Positions 1 to 12,535 of a DNA stretch of 35,718 nucleotides are shown piece after piece; position 1 is the stretch's first letter; every line of letters begins with the position of its first letter. A program made the position numbers and the translations under genes. Location: the NCBI GenBank assembly GCA_023266245.1, contig JAHFRO010000023.1, positions 1-35,718 of the forward strand, written 5' to 3'. The DNA comes from Betaproteobacteria bacterium (GTDB lineage: Bacteria > Pseudomonadota > Gammaproteobacteria > Burkholderiales > SG8-41). Under the pieces are notes generated by a model that saw only the letters and a program-made list of their open reading frames with translations, did no database searches and had not been told where the DNA came from.

Positions 1-1380
<1,380 letters not shown>

Positions 1381-1392
1381 TCAATTTCTTCA

Positions 1393-1486
1393 CCGCAAAG
1401 ACGCGAAGGCGCAAAGGCGCAAAGTATTCGCGAAGATTTCTGTTGTTCCTTTGCGTGGTTTGCTTTGCGTCTTTGCGCCTTTGCGG
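1393..1486. repeat. Palindromic array of 8-bp units in the atpG-atpD spacer
   Basis: Forward units are CCGCAAAG (1393-1400), ACGCGAAG (1401-1408), GCGCAAAG (1409-1416) and GCGCAAAG (1417-1424), plus TCGCGAAG (1428-1435). Reverse units are CTTTGCGT (1449-1456), CTTTGCGT (1463-1470), CTTTGCGC (1471-1478) and CTTTGCGG (1479-1486). The two arms are mutually complementary. Confidence 0.8.
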
Positions 1487-1499
1487 TTCCCGCCTTTCC

Positions 1500-2363
1500 T
1501 TAAACTGCCGCCGCGCCGCCCACGATCTCGGACAGCTCCTTGGTGATCGAGGCCTGGCGGGTCTTGTTGTAGATCAGCGTCAGCTCGTCGATGACGTTGC
1601 CGGCGTTGTCGGAAGCCGCTTTCATCGCTACCATGCGCGCCGACTGCTCGGACGCCATGTTTTCGCACACCGCCTGATACACCAGCATCTCAATGTAGCG
1701 CTTCAACGTCTCGTCCAGAACGTCCTTCGCATCGGGCTCGTAAATGTAGTCCCACCTGCCCTCCGGCGCGCCCAGCCTCTCGCCCAAGAACGGCAGCAAT
1801 TGCTCCATCACCGGCTCCTGTTTCATGGTATTGATGAAGCGGGTGGATAAAATCATCAAGCGGTCGAAACGGTCCTGAGTGTAGCCGTCGAGCATCACTT
1901 TCACCGCGCCGATGAGTTTTTCCATGTGCGGCTTGTCGCCGAGGCCCACGACTTGCGACACGATATTCGCACCCAAACGTTGCATGAAACCAAGGCCCTT
2001 GTTGCCGATGCAGCAGACCTCGAACTGCTCGCCCTGGGCTTCCCACTCCTTCATCCTGTTAAGGACGAGTCGTAGCACGTTGGTGTTTAAGCCCCCGCAC
2101 AAGCCCTTGTCGGTGGTAATTACGATGAGGCCGACTTTCTTCACCGTGTCGCGCTCAACCAGGAAGGGGTGGCGGTATTCTGGATTGGCGTGGGAGAGAT
2201 GCGCCGCGATGTTGCGGATTTTCTCGCCATAGGGGCGAGCGTGCCGCATGCGGTCCTGCGCCCGGCGCATTTTGGAAGCCGCGACCATTTCCATGGCCTT
2301 GGTGATCTTGCGCGTGTTTTGCACGCTCTTGATCTTGGTTCGTATTTCTTTACTGCCCGGCAT
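1500..2363 (-). CDS. atpG: F0F1 ATP synthase subunit gamma
   Basis: 287-aa ORF. The N-terminus [36 protein letters not shown] is canonical for gamma. It lies between atpA and atpD. Confidence 0.97.
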   Translation of the reverse strand: MPGSKEIRTKIKSVQNTRKITKAMEMVAASKMRRAQDRMRHARPYGEKIRNIAAHLSHANPEYRHPFLVERDTVKKVGLIVITTDKGLCGGLNTNVLRLVLNRMKEWEAQGEQFEVCCIGNKGLGFMQRLGANIVSQVVGLGDKPHMEKLIGAVKVMLDGYTQDRFDRLMILSTRFINTMKQEPVMEQLLPFLGERLGAPEGRWDYIYEPDAKDVLDETLKRYIEMLVYQAVCENMASEQSARMVAMKAASDNAGNVIDELTLIYNKTRQASITKELSEIVGGAAAV

Positions 2364-2454
2364 CGGCTTTCCCTTTCACGCGAGTTAAGCGACGCTGTGC
2401 GTCCGTTTCAACTCGCACAGTTATTCCGGTACGATTTTTGTGCCGGAATAACCA

Positions 2455-3996
2455 TCAGTAGGCGGCGTTCTTCTTAAAGTCCTTCATCGCCTCATGCAGC
2501 GTTGATTCGTCATCTTTGGACAGATCCTTGGTCGACTCGATGCGGTTGACCAGATCACCGTCCTTGCCCTTGATGTAATCGCGCATCGCGCGCTCGGCTG
2601 AAAGCGCCTTCTTCACATCGATGTCGTCGAAATAACCGTTGTTCACCGCGAACAGGGTCAGGGCCATCTCCCAGACCTGCAGCGGCTCGTACTGCGGCTG
2701 TTTCATCAGCTCGGTCACCCTGCGGCCGCGCTCCAACTGCTTGCGGGTCGCCTCATCCAAATCGGAGGCGAACTGCGCAAACGCCGCGAGCTCGCGGTAT
2801 TGGGCGAGCGCCAGACGCACGCCGCCGCCCAGCTTCTTGATCGCCTTGGTCTGCGCCGCGCCGCCCACCCGCGACACCGAGATACCGGCATTGATGGCGG
2901 GGCGGATGCCGGCGTTGAACAGGTCGGTTTCCAGAAAGATCTGGCCGTCGGTAATCGAAATCACGTTGGTCGGCACGAACGCCGTCACGTCGCCGGCCTG
3001 GGTTTCAATCACCGGCAACGCGGTGAGGGAGCCGGTCCTGCCCTTGACCTTGCCGTTGGTGCAGCGCTCGACGTACTCGACGTTCACGCGCGCGGCGCGC
3101 TCCAGCAAACGGGAGTGCAGATAAAACACGTCGCCCGGATAGGCTTCGCGTCCCGGCGGACGGCGCAGCAGCAGCGAAATCTGCCGGTAGGCCCAGGCTT
3201 GCTTGGTCAGGTCGTCGTAAATGATCAGCGCGTCCTGGCCGCGATCGCGGAAGTACTCGCCCATGCTGCAGCCGGAATAGGGCGCGATGTATTGCATCGC
3301 CGCGGACTCGGAAGCGGAAGCTGCGACGACGATGGTGTAGGCCATTGCTCCATGCTCTTCGAGCTTCCTCACCACGTTAACAATGTTTGATGCCTTTTGT
3401 CCTATCGCGACATAAATACAAATCAGCTCCTTGCCCTGCTGGTTGATGATGGTGTCCACCGCTACCGCGGTTTTACCCGTCTGGCGGTCGCCGATGATGA
3501 GCTCGCGCTGGCCGCGACCGATCGGCACCATCGAGTCAATCGCCTTCAAACCGGTCTGCACCGGCTGCGACACTGATTTGCGCCAAATCACGCCCGGCGC
3601 GATTTTTTCAATCGGCGAAGTCTCCTTGGCGTTGATCGGGCCCTTGCCGTCGATCGGCTGGCCGAGCGAGTTCACCACGCGGCCAATCAATTCGGGCCCT
3701 ACCGGCACCTCGAGAATGCGGCTGGTGCACTTCACGGTATCGCCTTCGGTGATGTGCTCGTATTCGCCCAGCACCACCGAGCCCACTGAGTCGCGTTCCA
3801 GGTTCAAGGCAAGGCCAAACGTGTTCTTCGGAAATTCGAGCATCTCGCCCTGCATCACGTCGGAGAGGCCGTGTACGCGGCAGATGCCGTCGGTTACGGA
3901 GATCACCGTGCCTTGCGTGCGGGACTCCGCCGTGACCGCAAGGCTCTCGATCTTGCTTTTTATGAGTTCACTGATTTCTGAAGGGTTGACTTGCAT
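2455..3996 (-). CDS. atpA: F0F1 ATP synthase subunit alpha
   Basis: ORF 2455..4086 trimmed to the internal ATG at 3994-3996 ([17 protein letters not shown]...), giving 513 aa. Walker A is GDRQTGKT. Confidence 0.97.
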   Translation of the reverse strand: MQVNPSEISELIKSKIESLAVTAESRTQGTVISVTDGICRVHGLSDVMQGEMLEFPKNTFGLALNLERDSVGSVVLGEYEHITEGDTVKCTSRILEVPVGPELIGRVVNSLGQPIDGKGPINAKETSPIEKIAPGVIWRKSVSQPVQTGLKAIDSMVPIGRGQRELIIGDRQTGKTAVAVDTIINQQGKELICIYVAIGQKASNIVNVVRKLEEHGAMAYTIVVAASASESAAMQYIAPYSGCSMGEYFRDRGQDALIIYDDLTKQAWAYRQISLLLRRPPGREAYPGDVFYLHSRLLERAARVNVEYVERCTNGKVKGRTGSLTALPVIETQAGDVTAFVPTNVISITDGQIFLETDLFNAGIRPAINAGISVSRVGGAAQTKAIKKLGGGVRLALAQYRELAAFAQFASDLDEATRKQLERGRRVTELMKQPQYEPLQVWEMALTLFAVNNGYFDDIDVKKALSAERAMRDYIKGKDGDLVNRIESTKDLSKDDESTLHEAMKDFKKNAAY

Positions 3997-4030
3997 TTTT
4001 GCTCCCGTGCAAAACCGGTGTGTTGCGGCC

Positions 4031-4567
4031 TTATCTGGCCAATGCGGCGCGCATCGCTTCCAGCTTGCCGCGCACTGTGGCGTCAAGCACTTCGTCTCCG
4101 GCCGCGATTTTCACGCCGCCTATCAGTTCGGGTTCCACGCTCACCTGCGCCACGACTTTGCGTTTGTATTTGCCCTCCAGCCGGCTAACCAACTGCTTGA
4201 CCTGTTCGTCACTCATCGGAAACGCGGAGGAAATCTTCGCTTCCAGCACGCCTTCCTGCTCCGCCTTGCGCTGCTCGAAGAGCTCGCGGATTTCCGGCAG
4301 CAGGAGAAGGCGGTCGTTGCGCGCCAGCACCTGCACAAAATTCCTGCCCGCGCCGTCGAGTTTCTCTCCGCAAACGCCGAGCAGCAGGCCTTCGATCCTC
4401 TGCGCGCTGAAATTCGGATTGCCGATGATAGATTGCACCCGCGGCTCTTTCACGACCACTTCCAGGAACGCCAGCATTGCCGACCATTTGGCGAGGGTGT
4501 TTTTTTCCCTGGCCAGCTTGAATGCGGCTTCCGCGTAAGGCCGTGCGATGGTGACGTTTTCCGCCAT
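4031..4567 (-). CDS. atpH: F0F1 ATP synthase subunit delta (OSCP)
   Basis: 178-aa ORF starting [19 protein letters not shown]..., located between atpF and atpA. Confidence 0.9.
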   Translation of the reverse strand: MAENVTIARPYAEAAFKLAREKNTLAKWSAMLAFLEVVVKEPRVQSIIGNPNFSAQRIEGLLLGVCGEKLDGAGRNFVQVLARNDRLLLLPEIRELFEQRKAEQEGVLEAKISSAFPMSDEQVKQLVSRLEGKYKRKVVAQVSVEPELIGGVKIAAGDEVLDATVRGKLEAMRAALAR

Positions 4568-4575
4568 GGCGTTCC

Positions 4576-5046
4576 TTAGAGTTCAGTCTGGATGGCTTTC
4601 AGCAAATCGGCGTGCGCCTTGGCGTCCACTTCGCGGCGCAGAATTTTCTCGGCGCCCGCCATCGCCAAAGCCGACACTTGGCTGCGCAGCGCTTCCTTGG
4701 CGCGGCTCACTTCCTGCGCGATTTCCGCCTTGGCGCCGGCGATCATGCGGTCGCCCTCGGCCTTGGCCGCATGCTTGGCTTCCTCGATGATTTGCAGGGC
4801 GCGTTTCTCGGCCTGAGCGATGATGTCGGCAGCCTGCTGCTTACCTTCGCGCAGCACTTCCGCCGAGCGTTTCCCTGCCAGTTCCAGTTCCTGTGTGCCG
4901 CGCTCGGCGGCAGCCAGTCCGTCGGCGATGCGCTTGGTGCGCTCGGCGAGCAGGCGGGTCAGCGGGCCCCATAGAAAACGGTGGATGAACCAAACCAGTA
5001 CCGCAAAAGTGATCATTTGACCAAAAAGTGTGGCCGTCACGTTCAC
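4576..5046 (-). CDS. atpF: F0F1 ATP synthase subunit b
   Basis: 156 aa. It has one N-terminal hydrophobic helix ([15 protein letters not shown]) followed by a long charged Ala/Glu/Lys-rich helix. Operon position fits. Confidence 0.9.
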   Translation of the reverse strand: MNVTATLFGQMITFAVLVWFIHRFLWGPLTRLLAERTKRIADGLAAAERGTQELELAGKRSAEVLREGKQQAADIIAQAEKRALQIIEEAKHAAKAEGDRMIAGAKAEIAQEVSRAKEALRSQVSALAMAGAEKILRREVDAKAHADLLKAIQTEL

Positions 5047-5100
5047 GTCTAAACTCCTTTTTTCGTTTGCGCCGCGCTTGCTCGGGGAACTCCGGTCAGG

Positions 5101-5403
5101 CTAGCCGCCGGCTCCTTTGACAGCAGCCAGAGCGGCGCCGAGGAACGGGTTCGCGAACGTGAAATACATGGCAAACGCGAGCACTATGAACGGAAACGAT
5201 TCCATCAAACCGGCTGTGATGAACATCTGTATGCGCAATAACGGCAGCAATTCCGGCTGCCGCGCGATGCCCTCCATGTACTTCGCGCAGATCAGGCCCC
5301 AGCCCAGCGCCGAGCCCAGGCCTGCGGCGGCGAGAATCACGCCGACGCCGACCGCGGTAGAGGCGTAAATCGCGCCGACCAGATTGATCATGTTTGCGTC
5401 CAT
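5101..5403 (-). CDS. atpE: F0F1 ATP synthase subunit c
   Basis: 100 aa. Helical hairpin with the ARQPE loop and the carboxylate in GLMESFPFI. The C-terminal tail is slightly longer than in E. coli subunit c. Confidence 0.93.
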   Translation of the reverse strand: MDANMINLVGAIYASTAVGVGVILAAAGLGSALGWGLICAKYMEGIARQPELLPLLRIQMFITAGLMESFPFIVLAFAMYFTFANPFLGAALAAVKGAGG

Positions 5404-5454
5404 GTTGCTCTCCCTAAAAGTTAAGGCAAGTTACCGAAAAACCTTGCGTCGTTC

Positions 5455-6252
<798 letters not shown>

Positions 6253-6259
6253 CTAACCA

Positions 6260-6652
6260 TTAGCCGGGAGGGTGAAGGATGCTCACGAGATTGATCAAAA
6301 AACCGAGCTGCGCAACCGCAAACGCCGCGATCAACGGGATCGGGAATAGTTTTAAGCCGCCGATTCCTATCCCCAACAATGCCAGCGTCACGATGAATCG
6401 CGGCAGTATGCCGGCATAGAGCGCGAGCTGCACGCCGGCGTGACCTTGCGCCGGAGTTTCCGGGGTGCGTTGCACGCGCCTCCCGAGCAGCCACGTGCTG
6501 ATCAAAGCGACCGCGCCGCCATACAACGCGGCCAACGCGGCGCCGCTCCCGAGCGAGACGAAAAAGGCTGCGCCCGTCAATAACGTTAAAACAGCCTGGC
6601 TCAATAAAACCCTGCGGACACCCTGGCGCAAAATTTCCGCAGCGCAACTCAC
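6260..6652 (-). CDS. atpI: ATP synthase protein I (AtpI-like small membrane protein); start uncertain
   Basis: Hydrophobic ORF directly upstream of atpB. The maximal ORF reaches 6763. The GTG at 6650-6652 (VSCAAEILRQGV...) gives a more typical ~130 aa and leaves room for the operon promoter. Confidence 0.6.
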   Translation of the reverse strand: MSCAAEILRQGVRRVLLSQAVLTLLTGAAFFVSLGSGAALAALYGGAVALISTWLLGRRVQRTPETPAQGHAGVQLALYAGILPRFIVTLALLGIGIGGLKLFPIPLIAAFAVAQLGFLINLVSILHPPG

Positions 6653-6778
6653 GCGATCTCTTGGCAATCCGAGTAGAACTTTACTGAGGGAGGCAAGCGG
6701 GCTCGTACAAAGTTTAAAAGTGTAATTGCCGCGGCAGTTACCGGTCAATACGGCGACGCACAAATATGGTTAGCGGCG

Positions 6779-7627
6779 TTAACGCGTGAGTCGGGCGAGA
6801 ATCTGATCGAGTTGGTCGAGACTGCGATAGCTGATGACGAGTTTGCCGCTGCCTTTTTTGGCGCCGGTCTTGATCGTCACCGTGGTGCCGAGGCGCTGCG
6901 AGACCTCCTCCTCCAGGCGCGCGACGTCGCGGTCGGGCCTGGCGCGCGTGCGCGCCGCGTGTCGCGCCAACAGGCGGCCGACACGGGCCTCGACCTGCCG
7001 CACCGAGAGCTGTTTCGCCGCCGCCTCGCGCGCGAGCTCGATCTGCCTCAATGCCGGCAGCGCCAGCAGCGCGCGCGCGTGGCCCATGTCGAGCTTGCCC
7101 TCGCGCAGCAGTTCCTGCACCGGCGGCGCGAGCTCAAGCAGACGCAGCGTATTGGTGACGCTCGTGCGCGAGCGCCCGAGCCCTTCCGCCACTTGAGCGT
7201 GCGTCATACCGAATTCCTCGATCAGGCGCTTCACGGCCGCGGCTTGCTCGAGCGGGTTCAGATCCTCGCGCTGGAGGTTCTCGATCAGCGCGATGGTGAG
7301 TGCGTCCCGGTCGGGCACTTTGCGCACCAGCGCCGGCACGCTCGCGAGCCCGGCCATGCGTGCCGCGCGCCAGCGCCGTTCCCCGGCGACGATTTCGTAG
7401 CGGCCGTCTCCGATCGGGCGCGCTAGTATCGGCTGCATCACGCCCTGTGCCTTGATCGAGTCGGCAAGTTCGGCGAGCGCCTCGGGGTCCATGCGCGTGC
7501 GCGGCTGGTAGCGGCCGGGCTGCAACACATCGATCGCGAGCGTGGTGAGCGTCTCGCCGCCGGCCGGCTCCTCGTCGGTCCCCAGCAGCGCATCCAGTCC
7601 CCGCCCCAGTCCTCTCATCTTGGCCAT
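6779..7627 (-). CDS. parB: Chromosome partitioning protein ParB (parS-binding)
   Basis: 282 aa. N-terminus MAKMRGLGRGLDALLG and the GERRWRAA arginine patch. It sits downstream of parA. Confidence 0.95.
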   Translation of the reverse strand: MAKMRGLGRGLDALLGTDEEPAGGETLTTLAIDVLQPGRYQPRTRMDPEALAELADSIKAQGVMQPILARPIGDGRYEIVAGERRWRAARMAGLASVPALVRKVPDRDALTIALIENLQREDLNPLEQAAAVKRLIEEFGMTHAQVAEGLGRSRTSVTNTLRLLELAPPVQELLREGKLDMGHARALLALPALRQIELAREAAAKQLSVRQVEARVGRLLARHAARTRARPDRDVARLEEEVSQRLGTTVTIKTGAKKGSGKLVISYRSLDQLDQILARLTR

Positions 7628-7637
7628 CGCTGTCTCC

Positions 7638-8408
7638 TCATCCGGTAGCGGCGCGGTTCAGCATCTCGCCGGCGAGCGCGAGATACGCCTGCGCGCCCTT
7701 CGAGTCCTTGTCGAACTTCAGCGCCGGCACCCCGAAGCTCGGCGCCTCCGCAAGACGCACGTTGCGCGGGATCACGGTGCGGTACACCTTGTCGCCGAAA
7801 TGCTCGAGCAATTGCGCCGAGACCTGCCGCGCCAGCGTGTTGCGCGGGTCGTACATGGTGCGCAGCAGCCCCTCGATCTCCAGCCCCGGATTGAGATGCG
7901 CGCGCACCTTCTTGATGGTCTGGACCAGGTCGCTCAAGCCCTCCAGCGCGTAGTACTCGCACTGCATCGGGATCATCACCGCGTGGGCCGCGGTCAGCCC
8001 GTTCACCGTGAGCAGGTTCAGCGCCGGCGGGCAGTCGATCAGGATGAAATCGTAGTCGTGGGCGGTTTCGGCGAGCGCCTCCTTCAGCCGCTTCTCGCGC
8101 CGCTCGAGCTCGACCATCTCGACCTCGGCTCCGGCGAGATCCCGGTTGGCCGGGATCAGGTCGTACCCGCCGTTCTCGGAGCGCTGCCGTACCTCACCGA
8201 TACGCTTGCCGCCCAGCAACACGTGGTAGACCGTGGCCGCGAGCATGCGCTTGTCCACCCCGCTGCCCATGGTGGCATTGCCCTGGGGATCGATGTCGAC
8301 CAGCAACACGCGCTGGTGCGCCACGGCGAGGCTCGCCGCCAGGTTGACCCCGGTGGTGGTCTTGCCGACACCGCCTTTCTGATTGGTGATGGCGAGGATT
8401 TTCGTCAT
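7638..8408 (-). CDS. parA: Chromosome partitioning ATPase ParA/Soj
   Basis: 256 aa with the deviant Walker A ILAITNQKGGVGKTTT. Confidence 0.95.
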   Translation of the reverse strand: MTKILAITNQKGGVGKTTTGVNLAASLAVAHQRVLLVDIDPQGNATMGSGVDKRMLAATVYHVLLGGKRIGEVRQRSENGGYDLIPANRDLAGAEVEMVELERREKRLKEALAETAHDYDFILIDCPPALNLLTVNGLTAAHAVMIPMQCEYYALEGLSDLVQTIKKVRAHLNPGLEIEGLLRTMYDPRNTLARQVSAQLLEHFGDKVYRTVIPRNVRLAEAPSFGVPALKFDKDSKGAQAYLALAGEMLNRAATG

Positions 8409-8412
8409 CGCC

Positions 8413-9036
8413 TCACGTCCCCTCGATCAGCACCAGGTGGCGTGCGCCGCGCACCGTCGGAACGGCGAGCGGGACCACGCGCTTCAACCGGTATCCCGCC
8501 GGCAGCTGCGTGAGCTCCTCGTAGGGATAAACGCCCTTCATTGCCGCCAGCTCGCCACCGGGCGCCACGAGGCGTCCTGCGAGCGCCGCAAACTCCCGCA
8601 GGTCAGAGAATGCGCGCGAGATGACGAGCCCGAACGGGTGTGCCGGCCGCCACTGCTCCACGCGCTCACACACCACTTCCACATTGGACAACTCGAGTTC
8701 GATCGCCGCCTGTCGCAGAAACGCCGCCTTCTTGTGGCTGGAATCGAGCAACGTCACCTGCGCGAGCGGCAGCGCGAGCGCGAGCGGGATGCCGGGCAGG
8801 CCTGCACCGCTGCCGACATCGAGGATGGTGGCGGCCGAGACATGGGGCACCACCGCCAGGCAGTCGAGCAGATGGTGGCTCACCATCCTCGGCGCCTCGC
8901 GCACTGCGGTCAGGTTGTAAACCTTGTTCCACTTCTGCAGCAGCGCCAGGTAATCGAGCAGGCGCTGCTGCGTGGGTGGCGGCACCGTGAGGCTGAGCAG
9001 CGCGATGCCTTGCGCGAGCTTCGCCGCAAGGCTCAT
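8413..9036 (-). CDS. rsmG: 16S rRNA (guanine527-N7)-methyltransferase RsmG (GidB)
   Basis: 207 aa with the SAM-binding motif [16 protein letters not shown]. It has a 4-nt overlap with the mnmG stop. Confidence 0.9.
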   Translation of the reverse strand: MSLAAKLAQGIALLSLTVPPPTQQRLLDYLALLQKWNKVYNLTAVREAPRMVSHHLLDCLAVVPHVSAATILDVGSGAGLPGIPLALALPLAQVTLLDSSHKKAAFLRQAAIELELSNVEVVCERVEQWRPAHPFGLVISRAFSDLREFAALAGRLVAPGGELAAMKGVYPYEELTQLPAGYRLKRVVPLAVPTVRGARHLVLIEGT

Positions 9037-10970
9037 GCCGTCTTGCTGGCGGCGCGGCCGGATTCGCCCGAGCTCGAGCGCGCACCGGTGCGGGCGGCGG
9101 CGAAACCGCGCTTCAGCTGCACCAGCAGCACCGAGATCGCTGCCGGGGTGATGCCCGAAATGCGCGCCGCCTGGCCGAGCGTCTCGGGACGGTGCTGATT
9201 GAGCTTCTGCTGCGCCTCCACCGACAACCCGCGCACCTGGGTGTAGTCCACGTCGGCCGGCAGCGGCATGTTCTCGTAGTGCTCGTGGCGCGCGATCTCT
9301 TCGCGCTGGCGCTCGATGTAGCCCTGGTACTTGGCCTGTATTTCGACCTGCTCCGCGACCCGCGGATCTGCAACCCCCGGGCCGGCGCCCGGCAGCGTCA
9401 TGAGTTGGGCGTAGCCGACGTCGGGGCGCCGCAGCAACTCGTCCAGCGTACAGTCGCGCTCGAGCGGCTGGCCCATCACGCGCTCCGCCGCGCCGGCCGG
9501 CAGCCGCCGCGGGTTGACCCAGGTGCTCTTCAGCCTCTCCTGTTCGCGCGCGAACGCTTCGCGTTTGCGCGCGAACGCTTCCCAGCGCGCGTCATCCACT
9601 ACCCCCAGATGTCGTCCGATTTCGGTCAGGCGCAAATCGGCGTTGTCTTCGCGCAGACTCAAGCGGTACTCGGCGCGGCTGGTAAACATGCGATACGGTT
9701 CGGACACCCCGCGTGTGATGAGATCGTCCACCAGCACGCCGAGGTAAGCCTGGTTGCGGCGCGGGCACCACGGCGCGCGTTCCTTGACGAACAGCGCGGC
9801 GTTGATGCCGGCCAGCATCCCCTGGGCCGCCGCCTCCTCGTAGCCGGTGGTGCCGTTGATCTGCCCGGCGAAAAACAGCCCTGCGATCGCCTTCGTTTCG
9901 AGCGAGCTTTTAAGTCCCCGCGGATCGAAGTAGTCGTATTCGATGGCATAGCCGGGACGCGTGATGTGCGCGCGCTCGAGGCCCTTGATCGAGCGCACCA
10001 GCGCGTACTGCACATCGAACGGCAGGCTCGTGGCTATGCCATTGGGATAAAACTCGCTGACCGTCAGCCCCTCCGGCTCGAGAAATATCTGATGCGAGGC
10101 CTTGCCGGCGAAGCGCACCACCTTGTCTTCGATTGACGGGCAGTAGCGCGGGCCGATGCCTTCGATCACGCCGGTGTAAAGCGGTGAGCGGCCGAGACCG
10201 CTCAAGATGATGTCGTGGGTGCGTGCGTTGGTGTGCGTGATCCAGCACGGCAGCTGCGGCGGGTGCTGCTCGCGCCGCCCGAGGAACGAAAACACCGGGG
10301 TGGGCTCGTCGCCCGGCTGCTCGGTCATCTCCGAAAAATCGATGCTGCGCCCGTCGATGCGCGGCGGCGTGCCGGTCTTGAGCCGCCCCACGGGCAGCTT
10401 GAGCTCGCGCAAGCGCCGCGCCAGGGTGAGCGCCGGCGGATCTCCTGCGCGACCGGCCTGATAGTTCTGCAAGCCGACGTGGACGAGACCCGCGAGAAAG
10501 GTGCCGGTCGTGAACACGACTGCGGAAGCATCAAAGCGAATACCGATCTGGGTCACCACTCCGGTGACGCGATCACCTGCGAGCGTGAGGTCATCCACCG
10601 CCTGCTGAAAAATGCGCAGGTTCGGTTGATTCTCCAAACGACCGCGGATCGCCTTTCTGTAAAACACACGGTCGGCTTGGGCGCGGGTGGCACGCACCGC
10701 AGGGCCTTTGCGCGAATTGAGGATGCGGAACTGTATGCCGGCCTCGTCTGTGGCCGCCGCCATAGCTCCCCCAAGCGCATCTATCTCTTTGACTAAATGG
10801 CCTTTTCCAATACCGCCGATCGAAGGATTGCAAGACATCTGCCCCAAGGTTTCGACGCTATGGGTCAGCAACAGGGTGTTGCACCCCATGCGCGCTGCTG
10901 CGAGCGCGGCCTCGGTGCCAGCATGTCCACCACCGACCACAATAATATCAAATTTTTCAAATAGTTGCAT
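9033..10970 (-). CDS. mnmG: tRNA uridine-5-carboxymethylaminomethyl modification enzyme MnmG (GidA)
   Basis: ORF 9033..11000 trimmed to the ATG at 10968-10970 ([25 protein letters not shown]-binding motif), giving 645 aa. Confidence 0.96.
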   Translation of the reverse strand: MQLFEKFDIIVVGGGHAGTEAALAAARMGCNTLLLTHSVETLGQMSCNPSIGGIGKGHLVKEIDALGGAMAAATDEAGIQFRILNSRKGPAVRATRAQADRVFYRKAIRGRLENQPNLRIFQQAVDDLTLAGDRVTGVVTQIGIRFDASAVVFTTGTFLAGLVHVGLQNYQAGRAGDPPALTLARRLRELKLPVGRLKTGTPPRIDGRSIDFSEMTEQPGDEPTPVFSFLGRREQHPPQLPCWITHTNARTHDIILSGLGRSPLYTGVIEGIGPRYCPSIEDKVVRFAGKASHQIFLEPEGLTVSEFYPNGIATSLPFDVQYALVRSIKGLERAHITRPGYAIEYDYFDPRGLKSSLETKAIAGLFFAGQINGTTGYEEAAAQGMLAGINAALFVKERAPWCPRRNQAYLGVLVDDLITRGVSEPYRMFTSRAEYRLSLREDNADLRLTEIGRHLGVVDDARWEAFARKREAFAREQERLKSTWVNPRRLPAGAAERVMGQPLERDCTLDELLRRPDVGYAQLMTLPGAGPGVADPRVAEQVEIQAKYQGYIERQREEIARHEHYENMPLPADVDYTQVRGLSVEAQQKLNQHRPETLGQAARISGITPAAISVLLVQLKRGFAAARTGARSSSGESGRAASKTA

Positions 10971-11050
10971 TGATGTTCTCATTCCGCAGACGGATACCAT
11001 GATAACGCAAAACCAGTCGCAGTAGAACCTGCGCTGAGCAGCTCCAGGCT

Positions 11051-11066
11051 AGTTTCACGTGAAACC
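11051..11066. promoter_or_regulatory. parS centromere-like site (14-bp perfect palindromic core)
   Basis: AGTTTCACGTGAAACC compared with the published parS consensus TGTTNCACGTGAAACA. The 14 core positions match and only the outermost base on each side differs. Confidence 0.8.
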
Positions 11067-11122
11067 TTAGTTCCACTAAAAGAGATCCCGCCCAATTCCA
11101 TGCTGCGGCGCAGCATAGACCC

Positions 11123-11138
11123 TGTTCCACGTGGAACA
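11123..11138. promoter_or_regulatory. parS centromere-like site (perfect 16-mer palindrome)
   Basis: TGTTCCACGTGGAACA matches the parS consensus at 15/16. It is embedded in a perfect 20-bp palindrome, CCTGTTCCACGTGGAACAGG (11121-11140), 72 bp centre-to-centre from the first site. Confidence 0.9.
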
Positions 11139-11145
11139 GGCCATC

Positions 11146-12486
11146 CTACTTGCCGATACAGAAGCGGGAGAAAATTTCCCCCAACAGATCGTCGGCGGTG
11201 TATTCGCCGGTAATCGCACCGAGGGCCTCCTGCGCCAGGCGTAACTCCTCGGCAAACAGTTCGAGTTGGCGCCCGAGCTGGGTTGCCTGCTCCAGATGCG
11301 CCTGTGCCGCGCCCAATGCCTGCAAGTGGCGCTCGCGGGCCATGAACAAGCCCTCCCCGCTGCCGTGCCAACCCACGGTGTCGAGCAGCGCCTGGCGCAG
11401 CCGCTCGATCCCTGCTCCCGTCTTGGCCGAGAGCCAGACCACGGTGGCGCCGTCAACGCGTTCCACAGCCGGAGCGCGCCCGACGAGATCGATCTTGTTC
11501 ATGACCCGGATACAGGGAAGCCGGCCCGGTAGTCGGGCCAGGATGTCACGATCCCCTTGGGTTTCGCCGACCGTGGCATCGACCACCAACAGCACGAGAT
11601 CGGCGCGCTCGATCGCAGCCCAGGTGCGGGCGATGCTGAGCTTTTCCACCGGGTCGCTGGACGCGCGCAGCCCCGCCGTGTCGATGATGTGCGCCGGCAC
11701 GCCGTTGACAACGACGCTCTCGCGGATCGCATCCCGGGTAGTGCCCGGAATGTCGGTGACGATAGCGAGTTCCTCCCCGACCATGCGGTTGAGCAGGCTC
11801 GATTTGCCGACGTTGGGTTGCCCGGCAAGCACCACATGCATGCCCTCGCGCAGCAGGCTCCCCTGCTGCGCTGCCTGCTGCACCTGGGCGAGCCGGGTAC
11901 GCACCGCAGCGAGCCGGCCATCGGCGTCGGCGCGCCTGAGGAACTCGACATCCTCCTCCGGGAAATCGAGCGTGGCTTCCACCAATGTGCGCAATTCGAT
12001 CAGCGCGCGCGCGAGTTCTCCGATGCGCTCGGAGAACTCGCCCTGGAGCGAGCGCAGCGCGCAGCGCACGGCCTGAGCGGTGGTGGCATCGATCAAGTCC
12101 ACCACGCTCTCCGCCTGCGCCAGATCGAGCTTGTCGTTGAGGTAGGCGCGCTTGGTGAACTCCCCCGGCTCGGCGAGGCGCGCGCCCAGCTCGAGACAGC
12201 GCCTGAGCAGCAGCTGCAGCACCACCGGCCCGCCGTGTCCCTGCAGCTCGAGCACCTCCTCCCCGGTATAGGAATGCGGCGCCGGAAAGTAGAGTGCGAT
12301 GCCCTGATCAATTACCTCGCCGTCAGTTCCCAGGAAATCCGTCAGCACCGCTCGCCGCGGCGCCAAGCGTCGGCGGACGAGCTGCGCGATCAGATCAGTA
12401 AGCCGGGGCCCGGAGATGCGCACCACCCCGATGCCGCTGCGCCCCGGGGCGGTGGCGATCGCTGCGATGGTGTCGCTCGTCCTCAT
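11146..12486 (-). CDS. mnmE: tRNA modification GTPase MnmE (TrmE)
   Basis: 446 aa. It has the G-domain motifs [12 protein letters not shown] and DTAGLR, and the C-terminal CIGK. Confidence 0.96.
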   Translation of the reverse strand: MRTSDTIAAIATAPGRSGIGVVRISGPRLTDLIAQLVRRRLAPRRAVLTDFLGTDGEVIDQGIALYFPAPHSYTGEEVLELQGHGGPVVLQLLLRRCLELGARLAEPGEFTKRAYLNDKLDLAQAESVVDLIDATTAQAVRCALRSLQGEFSERIGELARALIELRTLVEATLDFPEEDVEFLRRADADGRLAAVRTRLAQVQQAAQQGSLLREGMHVVLAGQPNVGKSSLLNRMVGEELAIVTDIPGTTRDAIRESVVVNGVPAHIIDTAGLRASSDPVEKLSIARTWAAIERADLVLLVVDATVGETQGDRDILARLPGRLPCIRVMNKIDLVGRAPAVERVDGATVVWLSAKTGAGIERLRQALLDTVGWHGSGEGLFMARERHLQALGAAQAHLEQATQLGRQLELFAEELRLAQEALGAITGEYTADDLLGEIFSRFCIGK

Positions 12487-12535
12487 GACTCCGGCGCGCG
12501 CGCCGGGGGTGTCAGCGTATCATCCCGCACCGCCG

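Noticed and set aside
2455-4086. N-terminal extensions offered by the ORF track for atpA (to 4086), mnmG (to 11000), rsmB (from 26588), DUF4390 (from 27552), ntrY (from 28118), ntrX (from 31186) and tkt (TTG at 32611).
   Set aside because: The extensions overlap the upstream gene in another frame or are Arg/Ala-rich junk. Internal ATGs reproduce the canonical N-termini and give typical ATGA or short-overlap coupling.
5101-5403. The ATP synthase c subunit is 100 aa, with an Ala/Gly-rich C-terminal tail of about 10-15 aa beyond the usual end.
   Set aside because: This is within the normal length variation of c subunits. The hairpin, loop and carboxylate are standard, so there is no evidence of a functional novelty.
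11121-11140. CTGT-N10-ACAG within the 20-bp palindrome, considered as a LexA/SOS box.
   Set aside because: The proteobacterial LexA box is CTGT-N8-ACAG. The spacing is wrong, and the sequence is fully explained as a parS site.
12491-12506. A perfect 16-bp GC palindrome, CCGGCGCGCGCGCCGG, between yidC and mnmE, considered as a regulatory element or terminator.
   Set aside because: It is pure alternating GC in a GC-rich genome with no U-tract. It overlaps the mnmE ribosome-binding region (GGAG) and may modulate translation, but nothing marks it as more than a chance or structural palindrome.
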